From: a candidate division FCPU426 bacterium
GTDB taxonomy: Bacteria > Oederibacteriota > JAAXVQ01 > JAUVAV01
Assembly (NCBI GenBank): GCA_040756875.1
Contig: JBFLYH010000001.1
Location: 128,001 to 192,000, forward strand
Length of the DNA stretch: 64,000 nucleotides
Direction of reading: 5' to 3'
Under the pieces are notes generated by a model. It had not been told where the DNA came from, did not search any database, and saw nothing but the letters and a program-made list of their open reading frames with translations. This document shows, piece by piece, positions 26,161-36,354 of this stretch. The translations under genes were made by a program, and so were the position numbers. Position 1 is the stretch's first letter; the number at the start of each line of letters is the position of its first letter.

Positions 26161-27012
26161 ATGTGGGAATATAGCGAAAGCGTTAAAGAACACTTTCTTC
26201 ATCCGCATAATGCCGGCGAGGTGCAAAACGCCAACGCCGTGGGCGAAGTGGGCTCTTTGGTCTGCGGCGACGCCTTGCGTCTGTCGCTGCGCGTAGATCC
26301 CCAAAACGAGAAGATCCTGGAAGCCAAATTCAAGACCTTCGGCTGTGGCAGCGCCATCGCCTCCTCAAGCATTCTGACCGACATGGTGCTGGGCAAAACC
26401 CTGGATGAAGCCAGCCGGATCACCAACCGCGACATAGCGGACGCATTGGGGGGGCTGCCGCAGGAAAAGATGCACTGCTCGGTCATGGGCATGGAAGCCC
26501 TGGAAGCGGCCATTGCGAACTACCGCGGCCACGGCCAGCCCCAGGCCCACGAGGAGGAAGAAGGCGAGATCGTGTGCAAGTGCTTCGGCGTGACCGACAA
26601 GAAGATCGAACGGGCGATCCGGGAAAACCACCTGACCACCCTGGAACAGGTCACCAATTACACCAAAGCCGGCGGCGCCTGCGGCAGCTGCCACTGGCGC
26701 ATCGAGGAAATTCTCCGCAAGGTGCTCGCGCAGGCGCAGCAGGCCGCCGGCGCGCCCAAGCCCGGTGGATTGACCAACCTGCAGCGCATGAAGCTCGTGC
26801 AGGAAACCCTGGACCGCGAGGTGCGGCCGCAGCTGCAAAAAGACGGCGGCGACCTGGAACTGGTCGACGTCGAAGGCAAAAAGGTCAAGGTGAGGCTGCT
26901 TGGCATGTGTTATGGGTGCCAGGTGGCGACCTTCACCCTGCGCGACCTGGTGGAAGGGAAACTGCGCGAATTTGTGGAACCGGACATCACGGTGGAGGAG
27001 ATCAGAGCATGA
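26161..27012 (+). CDS. nifU: Fe-S cluster scaffold NifU (three-domain)
   Basis: IscU domain CGD, GCGSA, KMHCS; BFD-like CKC...CGSC; Nfu domain DGGD...CYGC. Confidence 0.95.
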   Translation: MWEYSESVKEHFLHPHNAGEVQNANAVGEVGSLVCGDALRLSLRVDPQNEKILEAKFKTFGCGSAIASSSILTDMVLGKTLDEASRITNRDIADALGGLPQEKMHCSVMGMEALEAAIANYRGHGQPQAHEEEEGEIVCKCFGVTDKKIERAIRENHLTTLEQVTNYTKAGGACGSCHWRIEEILRKVLAQAQQAAGAPKPGGLTNLQRMKLVQETLDREVRPQLQKDGGDLELVDVEGKKVKVRLLGMCYGCQVATFTLRDLVEGKLREFVEPDITVEEIRA

Positions 27013-28190
27013 ACCCGGTCATTTACCTGGACAACAACGCCACCACTGCGGTCGCGCCCGAGGTCCGCGAAGCCATGCTGCCGTATTGGGGGGAGAAATA
27101 CGGCAACCCTTCCAGCATGCACACTTTCGGCGGGCGTCTGGCCCGCGATGTGGCCAAAGCCAGGTCCCAGGCGGCCGCGCTGTTCAACGCCCGCGACACG
27201 GAGGTCATTTTCACGAGCTGCGGCACTGAGTCCGATAATGCCGCCATCCGCGGCGTGCTGGAAGCCCTGCCTGACCGGCGGCACATTGTCACCACCCGCG
27301 TGGAGCATCCGGCGGTCCTCAACCTCTGCAAGCACTTGGAAAACCGGGGCTACCGCGTGACCTATCTTCCCGTGGACGCCAAGGGCCGGCTGGATTTGGA
27401 GGCCCTGAAGCTGGCGTTGACGCCGGACACGGCGCTGGTTTCGATCATGTACGCCAACAACGAGACCGGCACGGTTTTCCCGCTCGCTAAAATCGCCGAA
27501 CTGGTCAAGGAACGCGGGTTGATCTTGCACACGGACGCCGTGCAGGCGGCCGGCAAGCTTTCCCTGGACATGGAGGCCATTCCCGCGGACCTGGTGTCCA
27601 TTTCCGGGCACAAGCTGCACGCGCCCAAGGGCGTGGGCGCCCTGTACGTGCGGCGCGGCACGCGTTTCGTGCCGTACCTGATCGGCGGGCACCAGGAAAA
27701 CGGCCGGCGCGGCGGCACGGAAAACATGGCCGGCATCGTGGGGTTGGGCCTGGCCGCGGAACTAGCCCGCCTGCATCCGGAGGAAGCGGCGCAGCAGGCG
27801 AAGCTCCGCGACCGGCTGGAGCAGGGCATATTGCGGGCCGTGCCGTATACCCGCGTCAACGGCGATCCGGAACACCGCCTGCCCAACACCACCAACATCA
27901 GCTTCGAATACATCGAGGGCGAAGCCATCCTGCTCAAGCTGGACGAAGCCGGCATTTGCGCCTCGTCCGGCTCGGCTTGCACCTCCGGTTCCCTCGAACC
28001 GTCGCCGGTCCTGCGGGCCATGGGCGTGCCGTTTACGGCCATCCACGGCTCCATCCGGTTCTCCCTTTCGCGTTACACCACCGAGGCCGAGATCGACCGC
28101 GTGCTCTCCGTCCTGCCGCCCGTCATCGCCGGACTGCGCGAACTGTCGCCTTTCTGGGCGCGGAGGGAAGCGAGCCCCGCAAAACCCTAG
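27009..28190 (+). CDS. nifS: Cysteine desulfurase NifS
   Basis: YLDNNATT, SCGTESDN, HTDAVQ, SGHK, SSGSACTS; ATGA overlap with nifU. Confidence 0.95.
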   Translation: MNPVIYLDNNATTAVAPEVREAMLPYWGEKYGNPSSMHTFGGRLARDVAKARSQAAALFNARDTEVIFTSCGTESDNAAIRGVLEALPDRRHIVTTRVEHPAVLNLCKHLENRGYRVTYLPVDAKGRLDLEALKLALTPDTALVSIMYANNETGTVFPLAKIAELVKERGLILHTDAVQAAGKLSLDMEAIPADLVSISGHKLHAPKGVGALYVRRGTRFVPYLIGGHQENGRRGGTENMAGIVGLGLAAELARLHPEEAAQQAKLRDRLEQGILRAVPYTRVNGDPEHRLPNTTNISFEYIEGEAILLKLDEAGICASSGSACTSGSLEPSPVLRAMGVPFTAIHGSIRFSLSRYTTEAEIDRVLSVLPPVIAGLRELSPFWARREASPAKP

Positions 28191-28341
28191 GGGCCTGGCT
28201 GTTCGCCCTGCGAGCCCCGGGTGTCACTGCCCGTCCGCTTTTCCTCCGCCTCCACTCAGTCGCAGATTCCGTGGACTTCATATTTAATCCGCTGTTTTAC
28301 CTGCCGATACTTTCCCTGCATCCTTCGCAGGGGGGACCAGC

Positions 28342-29439
28342 ATGGGAAAACGCGTTTTAGTGCTGACCGGCGGCGGCGACTGTCCGGGTTTGAACGCCGT
28401 GATCCGCGGCATGGTCAAGCGCGCGGGGCAGTTGGACGCTTGGGAGCTCATGGGGTCCGTGGAAGCTTTTCACGGCATGCTCCGCGAACCCATGGAATTG
28501 GTCCGCCTGACCCGGGAGACCGTGGCCGGCATCCACGTGCGCGGCGGCACGATCCTGGGCACGACCAACAAAGGGTCGCCCTTCGCCTGGCCGGTCAAAC
28601 GCCCGGACGGGACCTGGGAAAACGTGGACATCTCCGACGACCTGATCCGCAAGCTGCAGATCCAGCAGATCGATGCGGTGGTAAACATCGGGGGCGACGG
28701 CTCGCAATCCATTTCCCAGCGCCTGTACGAAAAGGGCGTGCCGATCATCGGCGTGCCCAAAACGATCGACAACGACCTGTCGTGCACGGATTTCACTTTC
28801 GGCTTCCAAACCGCGGTGGAAGTGGCCACGGACGCCGTGGACAAGCTGGTGACCACGGCCGCCTCCCACAGCCGTCTCATGATTTTGGAAGTCATGGGGC
28901 GGGACGCGGGCTGGATCGCGCTTTCGTCCGCCGTGGCCGGCGGCGCGGACGTGGTGCTTATCCCGGAAATCCCTTTTGACATCGAAAAAGTGGCGGTCAA
29001 AATCCGGAGCCGCATGAACGGCCGCAAAGGCTTTGCCATCGTGGTGGTGGCCGAGGGCGCCCGGCCCAAGGACGGCGGCCAGGTGTCCAAGCAGAGCGGG
29101 GAAGCGGGTTATCAGAACGTGCGCTTGGGCGGGGTGGGGTACGCGCTGCAGGAGGCTCTGCAGGCGGTTTTTCCCGAGCTCAGCATGCGCGTGACCGTGC
29201 TGGGGCACCTGCAGCGGGGCGGCACGCCCTGCGCGTATGACCGCATCCTGGCCACCCAGTTCGGCGTCAAAGCCGTGGAGCTGATCCGGGACGGCCGGTT
29301 CGGCCGCATGGTCGTGTACCGCCATCCGGACATCGTGGACGTGCCCCTGGCCGAGGCGGTCGGCACCTACAACCTGATCCAGCCGCAGCATTACCTGCTG
29401 CAAACCGCCCGCGGCAACGACATCTGCCTGGGGGATTAA
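28342..29439 (+). CDS. pfkA: 6-phosphofructokinase, group III, probably ATP-dependent
   Basis: TGGGDCPGLN, GGDGS, PKTIDND, EVMGR, LGHLQRGG. Confidence 0.9.
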   Translation: MGKRVLVLTGGGDCPGLNAVIRGMVKRAGQLDAWELMGSVEAFHGMLREPMELVRLTRETVAGIHVRGGTILGTTNKGSPFAWPVKRPDGTWENVDISDDLIRKLQIQQIDAVVNIGGDGSQSISQRLYEKGVPIIGVPKTIDNDLSCTDFTFGFQTAVEVATDAVDKLVTTAASHSRLMILEVMGRDAGWIALSSAVAGGADVVLIPEIPFDIEKVAVKIRSRMNGRKGFAIVVVAEGARPKDGGQVSKQSGEAGYQNVRLGGVGYALQEALQAVFPELSMRVTVLGHLQRGGTPCAYDRILATQFGVKAVELIRDGRFGRMVVYRHPDIVDVPLAEAVGTYNLIQPQHYLLQTARGNDICLGD

Positions 29440-29445
29440 AAGAGA

Positions 29446-29537
29446 GGGCGGCTCGCAGGCTTTTCTAGCTGCGGAACTCGCCCTTCGGCAGGCTCAGGCT
29501 CAGACAGTCCTCGCTGCGAAAAGCCTGCGAGCCGCCC
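29446..29537. repeat. Intergenic palindromic element with perfect 20-bp terminal inverted repeats
   Basis: GGGCGGCTCGCAGGCTTTTC (29446-29465) / GAAAAGCCTGCGAGCCGCCC (29518-29537) enclosing 52 bp. Confidence 0.85.
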
Positions 29538-29673
29538 CTGGGGTGAGGTTGGGAAGGAAAAACTCCTGCCCACCAGGCTCCCCACCCCTCTTTTCTATGG
29601 CAATTCCCGGTTTATTTCGCTAAAATACCCGCCGTTTTTAGACCGTTCCCAAAGCTCAGGAGGAAACCGCGTT

Positions 29674-31503
29674 ATGTCCCAACCAACGTCCGCCCATCCG
29701 GATATGATCCGCACGTGGGAAGCCACGGAAAAGAACCATTCGTTGTTCGAGGACCAGATCCGCCAGCTGCCCCTGCCCGTGCTGGCCACGTTCCAGGACC
29801 AAGGCGCGCTGGCGCCGGCCGGGTTCGCGCCGGCCGCGGACCTGCGACTGACCACCAGCCACGATCCCAAGGCCCTGCAGGCCCATTTCCCGAAACTGTA
29901 TCCCAAGATCGGCGAGCAGGTGCTTGAGGCCCGGCCCGCGGACCGCCCCCGGGCCGAAGGCAAGCGCGTGGCCGTGCTCTTTTCCGGCGGGCCGGCGGCC
30001 GGCGGCCACAATGTGCTAGCCGGCCTGAAAAAAGCCCTGGGCGCGAAGAACACCTTGCTCGGCGTCCGCCAGGGTCCCAAGGGACTGTTGAACGGGAAAA
30101 TCTTCGAAGTCACGGACGCGGACATGGCGCGGGTCTTCAACACGGGCGGCTTCGATTTCCTCGGCTCCGACCGCACCAAGATCAAGAGCCACGAGCAATT
30201 TAAGCAGGTCAAGGCCGTGTGCCAGGAACACCGCCTGGACGCCCTGGTGATCGTGGGCGGCGACGATTCCAACACCAACGCCGCGCTGCTCGCGGAGTTC
30301 CTGGCTGACAACGTGCATCCAGACGGCCGCGGCGTGCAGGTGATCGGCGTGCCCAAGACCATTGACGGCGACCTCCAGGCCGACGGCCTGCTGCCCATTT
30401 CCTTCGGCTTCGACACGGCCACGAAAATTTATGCGGAACTGGTGGGCAACATCCTGCAGGACACGCCCTCGTCGCGCAAATACTGGCATTTCGTGAAGCT
30501 GATGGGGCGCAGCGCCACGCACGTGGGGCTGGAAGTCGCGCTGCAGGCCAAACCGTCGGTGGCCTTTGTGTCCGAGGAGATCGCGGACAAGAAGCTTTCG
30601 CTCTCGCAGATCGTGGACATCCTGTGCCGGGCCATCGCCCGCCGCGCGGCCAAAGGCATGGATTACGGCGTGGTGCTGATCCCCGAGGGCCTGATCGAGT
30701 TCATTCCCGAGATGCGCAGCCTCATCCAGGAACTCAACGAGATCATGGGCAAGTACGCCAAGGTGCTGGCGGACACGCGCACGCTCGCGGAAAAGAAGGA
30801 TTTCATCTTTGGCAAGATTTCCCCTCAGTCCGCCAAGCTCATGGCCTCCTTGCCCGATGAATTCGAGGACATGCTGCTCCTGGACCGGGACGCGCACGGC
30901 AATCTCCAGGTCTCCCAAATCCCCACGGAAAAACTGCTCATCGAGATGGTCCAGACCCGGCTGCACGAGATGAAGGTGGATCCGTCCGGTTTCGTCGGCC
31001 AGGAGGCCGGGCAGGTGGACCTGACTCCGGCGGAAGTGGAGCGTTTCCAGAAATCCAAGTTCGCGACCAACAACCACTTCTTCGGCTACGAAGGCCGCTG
31101 TGGCGCGCCCAGCCGGTTCGACGCCGCCTATACCTTCAACCTGGGGCTGACAGCCGGCTCCCTGGCCCTTTCCGGACACACCGGCTACATGGTGGCTGTC
31201 CGCAACCTGGACCAGGGCGGGCAGGCCCTGGCCCTGCCGCTGACCGGCCTGCTGCACCAGGAGCGCCGGCATGGCGAGGATGAAATGGTGATCGAAAAGG
31301 CGTTGGTGGAGGTCGGCTCTCCGGCGTTCAAATATTTCCTGGCGGTGCGCGAGCGTTGGGCCCAGGAGGACCGCTTTGCCTCGCCCGGTCCCAGGCAGGC
31401 GTGGGGCCCGGTTGCCAACCAGATGCCCGTTACCGTGGCTATGAACCAGGGATACGCCGGGTTGAGTTTTGACCTGGGTCCCGAAGTGAAGGTGGTTTTT
31501 TAA
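29674..31503 (+). CDS. pfp: PPi-dependent phosphofructokinase (long clade)
   Basis: SGGPAAGGHNV, GGDDSNT, PKTIDGD, KLMGRSA, FFGYEGR. Confidence 0.92.
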   Translation: MSQPTSAHPDMIRTWEATEKNHSLFEDQIRQLPLPVLATFQDQGALAPAGFAPAADLRLTTSHDPKALQAHFPKLYPKIGEQVLEARPADRPRAEGKRVAVLFSGGPAAGGHNVLAGLKKALGAKNTLLGVRQGPKGLLNGKIFEVTDADMARVFNTGGFDFLGSDRTKIKSHEQFKQVKAVCQEHRLDALVIVGGDDSNTNAALLAEFLADNVHPDGRGVQVIGVPKTIDGDLQADGLLPISFGFDTATKIYAELVGNILQDTPSSRKYWHFVKLMGRSATHVGLEVALQAKPSVAFVSEEIADKKLSLSQIVDILCRAIARRAAKGMDYGVVLIPEGLIEFIPEMRSLIQELNEIMGKYAKVLADTRTLAEKKDFIFGKISPQSAKLMASLPDEFEDMLLLDRDAHGNLQVSQIPTEKLLIEMVQTRLHEMKVDPSGFVGQEAGQVDLTPAEVERFQKSKFATNNHFFGYEGRCGAPSRFDAAYTFNLGLTAGSLALSGHTGYMVAVRNLDQGGQALALPLTGLLHQERRHGEDEMVIEKALVEVGSPAFKYFLAVRERWAQEDRFASPGPRQAWGPVANQMPVTVAMNQGYAGLSFDLGPEVKVVF

Positions 31504-31524
31504 GCACGGGCTGAAAACCGCCCG

Positions 31525-34500
31525 TCAAGGCGTTCCGCCGGCCGCCGGCGTTTCAAGATGCCGTTCGAGCCTGCGGCCGGAAACAGCCAGTTCCGCCAGC
31601 ACGGCCTCGAGTTTGGCCGCGCCCTGGCGGGTTTTGGCTAGTTCCTCCAGCTGCTGGGCATTGGCCGCCACGTGTTCGCACGAGAGGTTCGCCGCCGTCC
31701 CCTTGAGGGTATGCGCCAGCTGCCTCACTTCATCGTGGCGTTCGGACTGGGCCGCCGCCTGGAGCTTGGGCAGGGTGTCGCGCATCTGCCGAATGAAGTC
31801 CTGCAGCAGTTCCCGCAGCAAATCGCTGTTGCCGTCCGCGCGTTCGAGGGCCACGGGCCAGTTGACGACCGTCGGTTTCGCCGACGGACCGGCCGCCGAC
31901 GGGCCGGCCGGCTCGGCGGTCGTTCCGGCCTGGCGGCCGTAGCGGTCCAAAAGCGCATACAATTCCCGGCGGTCGATCGGCTTGGAAAGGTAATCATCCA
32001 TGCCGGCGTCCAGGCAGCGTTCGCGGTCGCCTTTCAGGGCGTGGGCCGTCAGCGCGATGATCGGAATGCGGCCGCCGCCCTCCTTTTCCAGCCGCCGGAT
32101 TTCCCGCGTCGCCTCGAGCCCGTCCAGCTTCGGCATTTGCACGTCCATCAAAATCAAATCATAGGTCTGTTCGCGCCACCGCGCCAGCGCCTCCTCGCCG
32201 TCTCCGGCTTCGGTGACCGCATCGCCATGTTTGGCCAGCATGGTCAGGAGCAGTTGGCGGTTGATGGCATTGTCTTCAACCGCCAGGATGCGCAGGCGGC
32301 GTCCGGTTTCCCGCAGGTGATGCTGCGTAATCAGCGGAACGGATGCTTCGCCGGGTTTGGCGGGCGCGAGCACGGCGGAGACCGCGCGCTGCAGCTCCGA
32401 CCTTCTCAGCGGCTTGGTCAGATAGGCATCCAGCCCCAGCTCGCGCGCTCTGGCGCCGTCGCCGCGCTGGCCGCCGGAAGTGATGAGGATGATCTTCAGG
32501 TCGGCGCCGAGATCGATGGCCTTGATTTTTTCGCATACCCCGAACCCGTCCATCTCCGGCATGCACTTGTCCAGCAGCAGCAGCTTGAAGGGCCGGCCGG
32601 AGGCGCGCGCCTCGGCCAGCCGCATGAGCGCCTCGTTTCCGGAGGAGGCCTCGGCGATTTCCATTCCCCAGGGCTGCAGCAGTTCGCGCAGGATCTGCCG
32701 GTTGATGTCCAGGTCGTCCACGATCAGCGTTTTCACCCAGGCCAGACCCACGGCGGCGGCCGGTTCCACGGGTTGCGGCTGGGATTGCAGGGGGAAGGGA
32801 ATGTCCACGGTGAACGTGCTGCCCTGGCCGGCCCGGCTCGCCACCTGGATGTTTCCACCCATCAATTGAACCAGCTGCCGGCTGATGGACAGGCCCAAGC
32901 CGGTTCCGCCGTAGCGGCGGGTGGTGGAGATGTCCGCCTGGGTGAAGGTCTCGAAGATCGTATCCAGTTTGTCCTCCGGGATGCCGATGCCGGTGTCGCT
33001 GATCTGGAAGCGGAACTCGGCCTTTTTATCGGTCTCCGACAATACGTTCACGGCCAGCATGATTTGGCCGCGTTCCGTGAATTTGATCGCATTTCCGAGC
33101 AGGTTGATCAAGATTTGCCGCAGCCGGCCCGGATCGCCCACCAAGCCGGTCGGCGCTTCGGGCGGGACGCGGCAGATGAATTCCAGTTGCTTCTCCGCGG
33201 CTTTGGAGGCTAGGGTTTCAGCCGCGTTCTCGACGGTCAGACGGAGATCGAAGTCGATTTCCTCCAGGAGCATATGGCCGGATTCGATTTTGGCAAAATC
33301 CAGAATGTCGTTGATCAGGCGCACCAGCGCGTCCGAGGCCGTCATGGCTTTCTCCAGGTAATCGCGCTGTTCCGGTGTGGTTTCCGTGTCCAGGAGCAGC
33401 TGCAGCATGCCCATGACGGCGTTCATGGGCGTGCGGATTTCGTGGCTCATGTTGGCGAGGAATTCGGTTTTGGCCAGGCTGGCCTGCTCGGCCAGCACAG
33501 CCAGGTCATTGGCCTGGCGGACCGCTTCGCCCAGCAGGTGGTTGGCGTGTTCGGCCTCCTCGCGGGCCTTGTGCAGGGCCGAAATGTCCACCAGGGCGGT
33601 CAGCAGGGCGGGTTCACCCTCGAGTTCAATGGTCCGGACCGTGCGCAGGATCGGCAAAGCCGGCATGTCGGGCCGGAGCAGCAGGGTTTCGGATTCCATC
33701 TCCACGCCGCAGGCTCCCTCGCCGGCGGTTTCGCCGAGCTTGAAGAAGTCGGAACAGGAGCGCCCCAGAGCGTCTTCGGGGAGCGCCAGGCCCATCATGG
33801 ACAGGGCGGCTGCGTTTACCCGGCGGATGCGGTGGTCGAGGCCGGTTATCATCACGCCGACCGAAAGGTTTTTCAGGATCGCGCGGGGAGTTTCCAGGGC
33901 CTGCTCCAGTTTGGTTTGGACCTGCTGGCGCTGGATGACGCTCGAAAGATTGCCGGCCAGCGAGAGCAGCAGGTAATCTTCGTTTTGGCTCCAGGTGTGC
34001 TCGCCTTGGCAGCTCTCGAAGCCCAGAAACCCCCAGGCGCGGTTGTCCACGCGGATGGGGAGCAGGCGGATGGAAACCACGCCCAGGGACTCCAGGTAGC
34101 CCCGCTCGGCGGGCAGGAGGCTCTGGGTTTCGCTGCGCACACCCTGGCCGGATTCCAACAGCCGCTGCCAGCGGGTGAAAACCGGACGGCTGTACAGGCA
34201 GTTTTGCGTTTCCGGATTGGACATCTGCTGGCTGTAGGGTTTGACCGCCCATTCGTAGCGCCGGCTGAAAGCCGGGTCGCCGGTTTCCGGATGAGGATGA
34301 TTCTGGCACACGTACGCCCGGTGATAGCCGGTAATGGGAACGATCGAGGCGAGGATTTCATAGAGCGCCACCTCATAATCCTCGTTGAAATCCATGATCG
34401 AGAGCAGGCGGTTGGTGGCTTCGTTCAAGGTCTGCAGCAGGAGGGCCTGCTGTTCCCGCTGGCGGTTTTGCTCATGGTGGAATCCGATTTCGATCTGCGT

Positions 34501-34842
34501 CAAGTCGCGCAATTCGGCCAAATCGCGGGTGAGCTGGTCGAATAATTCCTCGACCGGCCGCTGGGAGGAAGGATTGAGCCCCTGGGATTCCCTGCGCATG
34601 GACCAGCCGGCCAGGACGCGCCCCAGCACCCAGGCTGCTGTAAATCCGATCGCAATGCCGAGGGCAATCTGCCAATACGCCACCAGGCGCCTCCTGCGGG
34701 CCGGATTCCATTTAAACCGGAAAACCCGCTTCGGACTTGTTCCTACTCTGCAAGCTTCCTGGTTATTGTCGGCTGTTTTTCCATCCGACTGAATGGCCGG
34801 TCCGTTAAAACCCCTCTTTTTAAAGGAAAATAACGCTTGCAT
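31525..34842 (-). CDS. Unorthodox hybrid sensor kinase (TM-GAF-PAS-HisKA-HATPase-REC-REC-Hpt)
   Basis: [27 protein letters not shown], two receiver domains, AHTLKG Hpt; start codon uncertain and probably downstream of 34842. Confidence 0.9.
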   Translation of the reverse strand: MQALFSFKKRGFNGPAIQSDGKTADNNQEACRVGTSPKRVFRFKWNPARRRRLVAYWQIALGIAIGFTAAWVLGRVLAGWSMRRESQGLNPSSQRPVEELFDQLTRDLAELRDLTQIEIGFHHEQNRQREQQALLLQTLNEATNRLLSIMDFNEDYEVALYEILASIVPITGYHRAYVCQNHPHPETGDPAFSRRYEWAVKPYSQQMSNPETQNCLYSRPVFTRWQRLLESGQGVRSETQSLLPAERGYLESLGVVSIRLLPIRVDNRAWGFLGFESCQGEHTWSQNEDYLLLSLAGNLSSVIQRQQVQTKLEQALETPRAILKNLSVGVMITGLDHRIRRVNAAALSMMGLALPEDALGRSCSDFFKLGETAGEGACGVEMESETLLLRPDMPALPILRTVRTIELEGEPALLTALVDISALHKAREEAEHANHLLGEAVRQANDLAVLAEQASLAKTEFLANMSHEIRTPMNAVMGMLQLLLDTETTPEQRDYLEKAMTASDALVRLINDILDFAKIESGHMLLEEIDFDLRLTVENAAETLASKAAEKQLEFICRVPPEAPTGLVGDPGRLRQILINLLGNAIKFTERGQIMLAVNVLSETDKKAEFRFQISDTGIGIPEDKLDTIFETFTQADISTTRRYGGTGLGLSISRQLVQLMGGNIQVASRAGQGSTFTVDIPFPLQSQPQPVEPAAAVGLAWVKTLIVDDLDINRQILRELLQPWGMEIAEASSGNEALMRLAEARASGRPFKLLLLDKCMPEMDGFGVCEKIKAIDLGADLKIILITSGGQRGDGARARELGLDAYLTKPLRRSELQRAVSAVLAPAKPGEASVPLITQHHLRETGRRLRILAVEDNAINRQLLLTMLAKHGDAVTEAGDGEEALARWREQTYDLILMDVQMPKLDGLEATREIRRLEKEGGGRIPIIALTAHALKGDRERCLDAGMDDYLSKPIDRRELYALLDRYGRQAGTTAEPAGPSAAGPSAKPTVVNWPVALERADGNSDLLRELLQDFIRQMRDTLPKLQAAAQSERHDEVRQLAHTLKGTAANLSCEHVAANAQQLEELAKTRQGAAKLEAVLAELAVSGRRLERHLETPAAGGTP

Positions 34843-34913
34843 TCGCGCGATGGCACGGCTACAATACCGCCTGTTTTTTAATCATGCCCAACTTATCCGC
34901 CCAGGAGGCCAGC

Positions 34914-36200
34914 ATGCCCAAGAAAATAAAAATCGAAAAAGTCAGCGCTTTGGAGATCCTTGATTCCAGGGGCAATCCCACGGTCCGCGTATTCGTGACC
35001 GCGAAAGGGCAGGATACGGTGTCCGCCTCGGTGCCCTCGGGCGCTTCGACGGGCGAGCACGAAGCGGTCGAATTGCGGGACGGCGACAAATCGCGTTATT
35101 TGGGCAAAGGCACCAGCAAAGCCGTGGCCCATGTCAACGGTGAGATTGCCGAGGCCGTGACCGGCATGGATGTGCTCGATTTCAAAGCCGTGGACAAAGC
35201 CCTCTTGAAATTGGACGGTACGCCCAACAAAGGCCGGCTCGGAGCCAACGCCATCCTGGGCGTGTCCATGGCCGTGGTCAAAGCCGCGGCTCAAGCCGAA
35301 GGGCTGCCGGTTTACCGGTATCTCGGCGGCGCCAAGGCCAAGCAGCTGCCGGCGCCCATGATGAACATCATCAACGGTGGCAAGCACGCGGACAACAGCG
35401 TGGATTTCCAGGAGTTCATGGCCATGCCCCTGGGCCGGCCGTCCTTCCGTGAAGCCCTGCGCGCAGGCGCGGAAACTTTCCACCATCTGGCCAAGATTTT
35501 GAAGAAGAAAGGGTACTCCACCGCCGTTGGAGACGAAGGCGGATTCGCGCCCAACCTCAAGAGCAACGAAGAGGCCTGCGAAGTCATTCTCGAGGCGATC
35601 CAGGCCGCGGGGTACCAGCCCGGCCAGGACATCATGATCGCCCTGGACCCGGCCGCGAGTTCGCTCTACGAAAACGGGAAATACAACCTGGCGGATTCGG
35701 GCAGCGGTTATAAGACCACGGACGAAATGATCGCCCTGTGGGAGGCCTGGGTGCAGCGCTATCCGATCGTGTCCATCGAAGATCCCCTGTATGAAAACGA
35801 TTGGACGGGATTCCAAAAATTCACCCAGCGGGTGGGCAATAAGATCCAAGTGGTGGGCGACGATTTGTTCGTCACCAATCCCGCCTTTGTCAAGAAAGGC
35901 ATCGAGCAGAAGGCCGCGAACGCCGTGCTGGTTAAAGTCAATCAGATCGGGACCATCTCCGAAACCATCGCCACCATCAAGCTTTGCCAGAAGGCGGGTT
36001 GGAACTACATCATTTCCCACCGCTCCGGCGAAACCGAAGACACGTTCATCGCCGATTTGGCCGTGGCCATGGGCGGCGGGCAGATCAAGACCGGGTCCGC
36101 CAGCCGCAGCGACCGCATCGCCAAATACAACCGGCTGCTGGAAATCGAGGCCGAGCTCGGCAAAAAAGCGCTGTACCGGAACGTAGTGACCAAACGCTGA
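34914..36200 (+). CDS. eno: Enolase
   Basis: [53 protein letters not shown]. Confidence 0.97.
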   Translation: MPKKIKIEKVSALEILDSRGNPTVRVFVTAKGQDTVSASVPSGASTGEHEAVELRDGDKSRYLGKGTSKAVAHVNGEIAEAVTGMDVLDFKAVDKALLKLDGTPNKGRLGANAILGVSMAVVKAAAQAEGLPVYRYLGGAKAKQLPAPMMNIINGGKHADNSVDFQEFMAMPLGRPSFREALRAGAETFHHLAKILKKKGYSTAVGDEGGFAPNLKSNEEACEVILEAIQAAGYQPGQDIMIALDPAASSLYENGKYNLADSGSGYKTTDEMIALWEAWVQRYPIVSIEDPLYENDWTGFQKFTQRVGNKIQVVGDDLFVTNPAFVKKGIEQKAANAVLVKVNQIGTISETIATIKLCQKAGWNYIISHRSGETEDTFIADLAVAMGGGQIKTGSASRSDRIAKYNRLLEIEAELGKKALYRNVVTKR

Positions 36201-36220
36201 CGCGGTTAGAATCAACCCTC

Positions 36221-36251
36221 GGGGCGGGCCTCTGGCCCGCCCCTTTTTTTT
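36221..36251 (+). terminator. Rho-independent terminator of eno
   Basis: GGGGCGGGCC-tct-GGCCCGCCCC followed by T8. Confidence 0.9.
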
Positions 36252-36354
36252 CAACCCTTCTCTCCCACCTAACCTTTGCCTGGCCGGTTGCCGATCCTAA
36301 TGACGAACCACGCTGCTCCATATTTGTGCGTCGCGGGCCACGCGGGAGACTTGC

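Noticed and set aside
26161-28190. nifU-nifS as evidence of nitrogen fixation
   Set aside because: No nifHDK in the window; stand-alone NIF-type systems serve as general Fe-S assembly in many anaerobes
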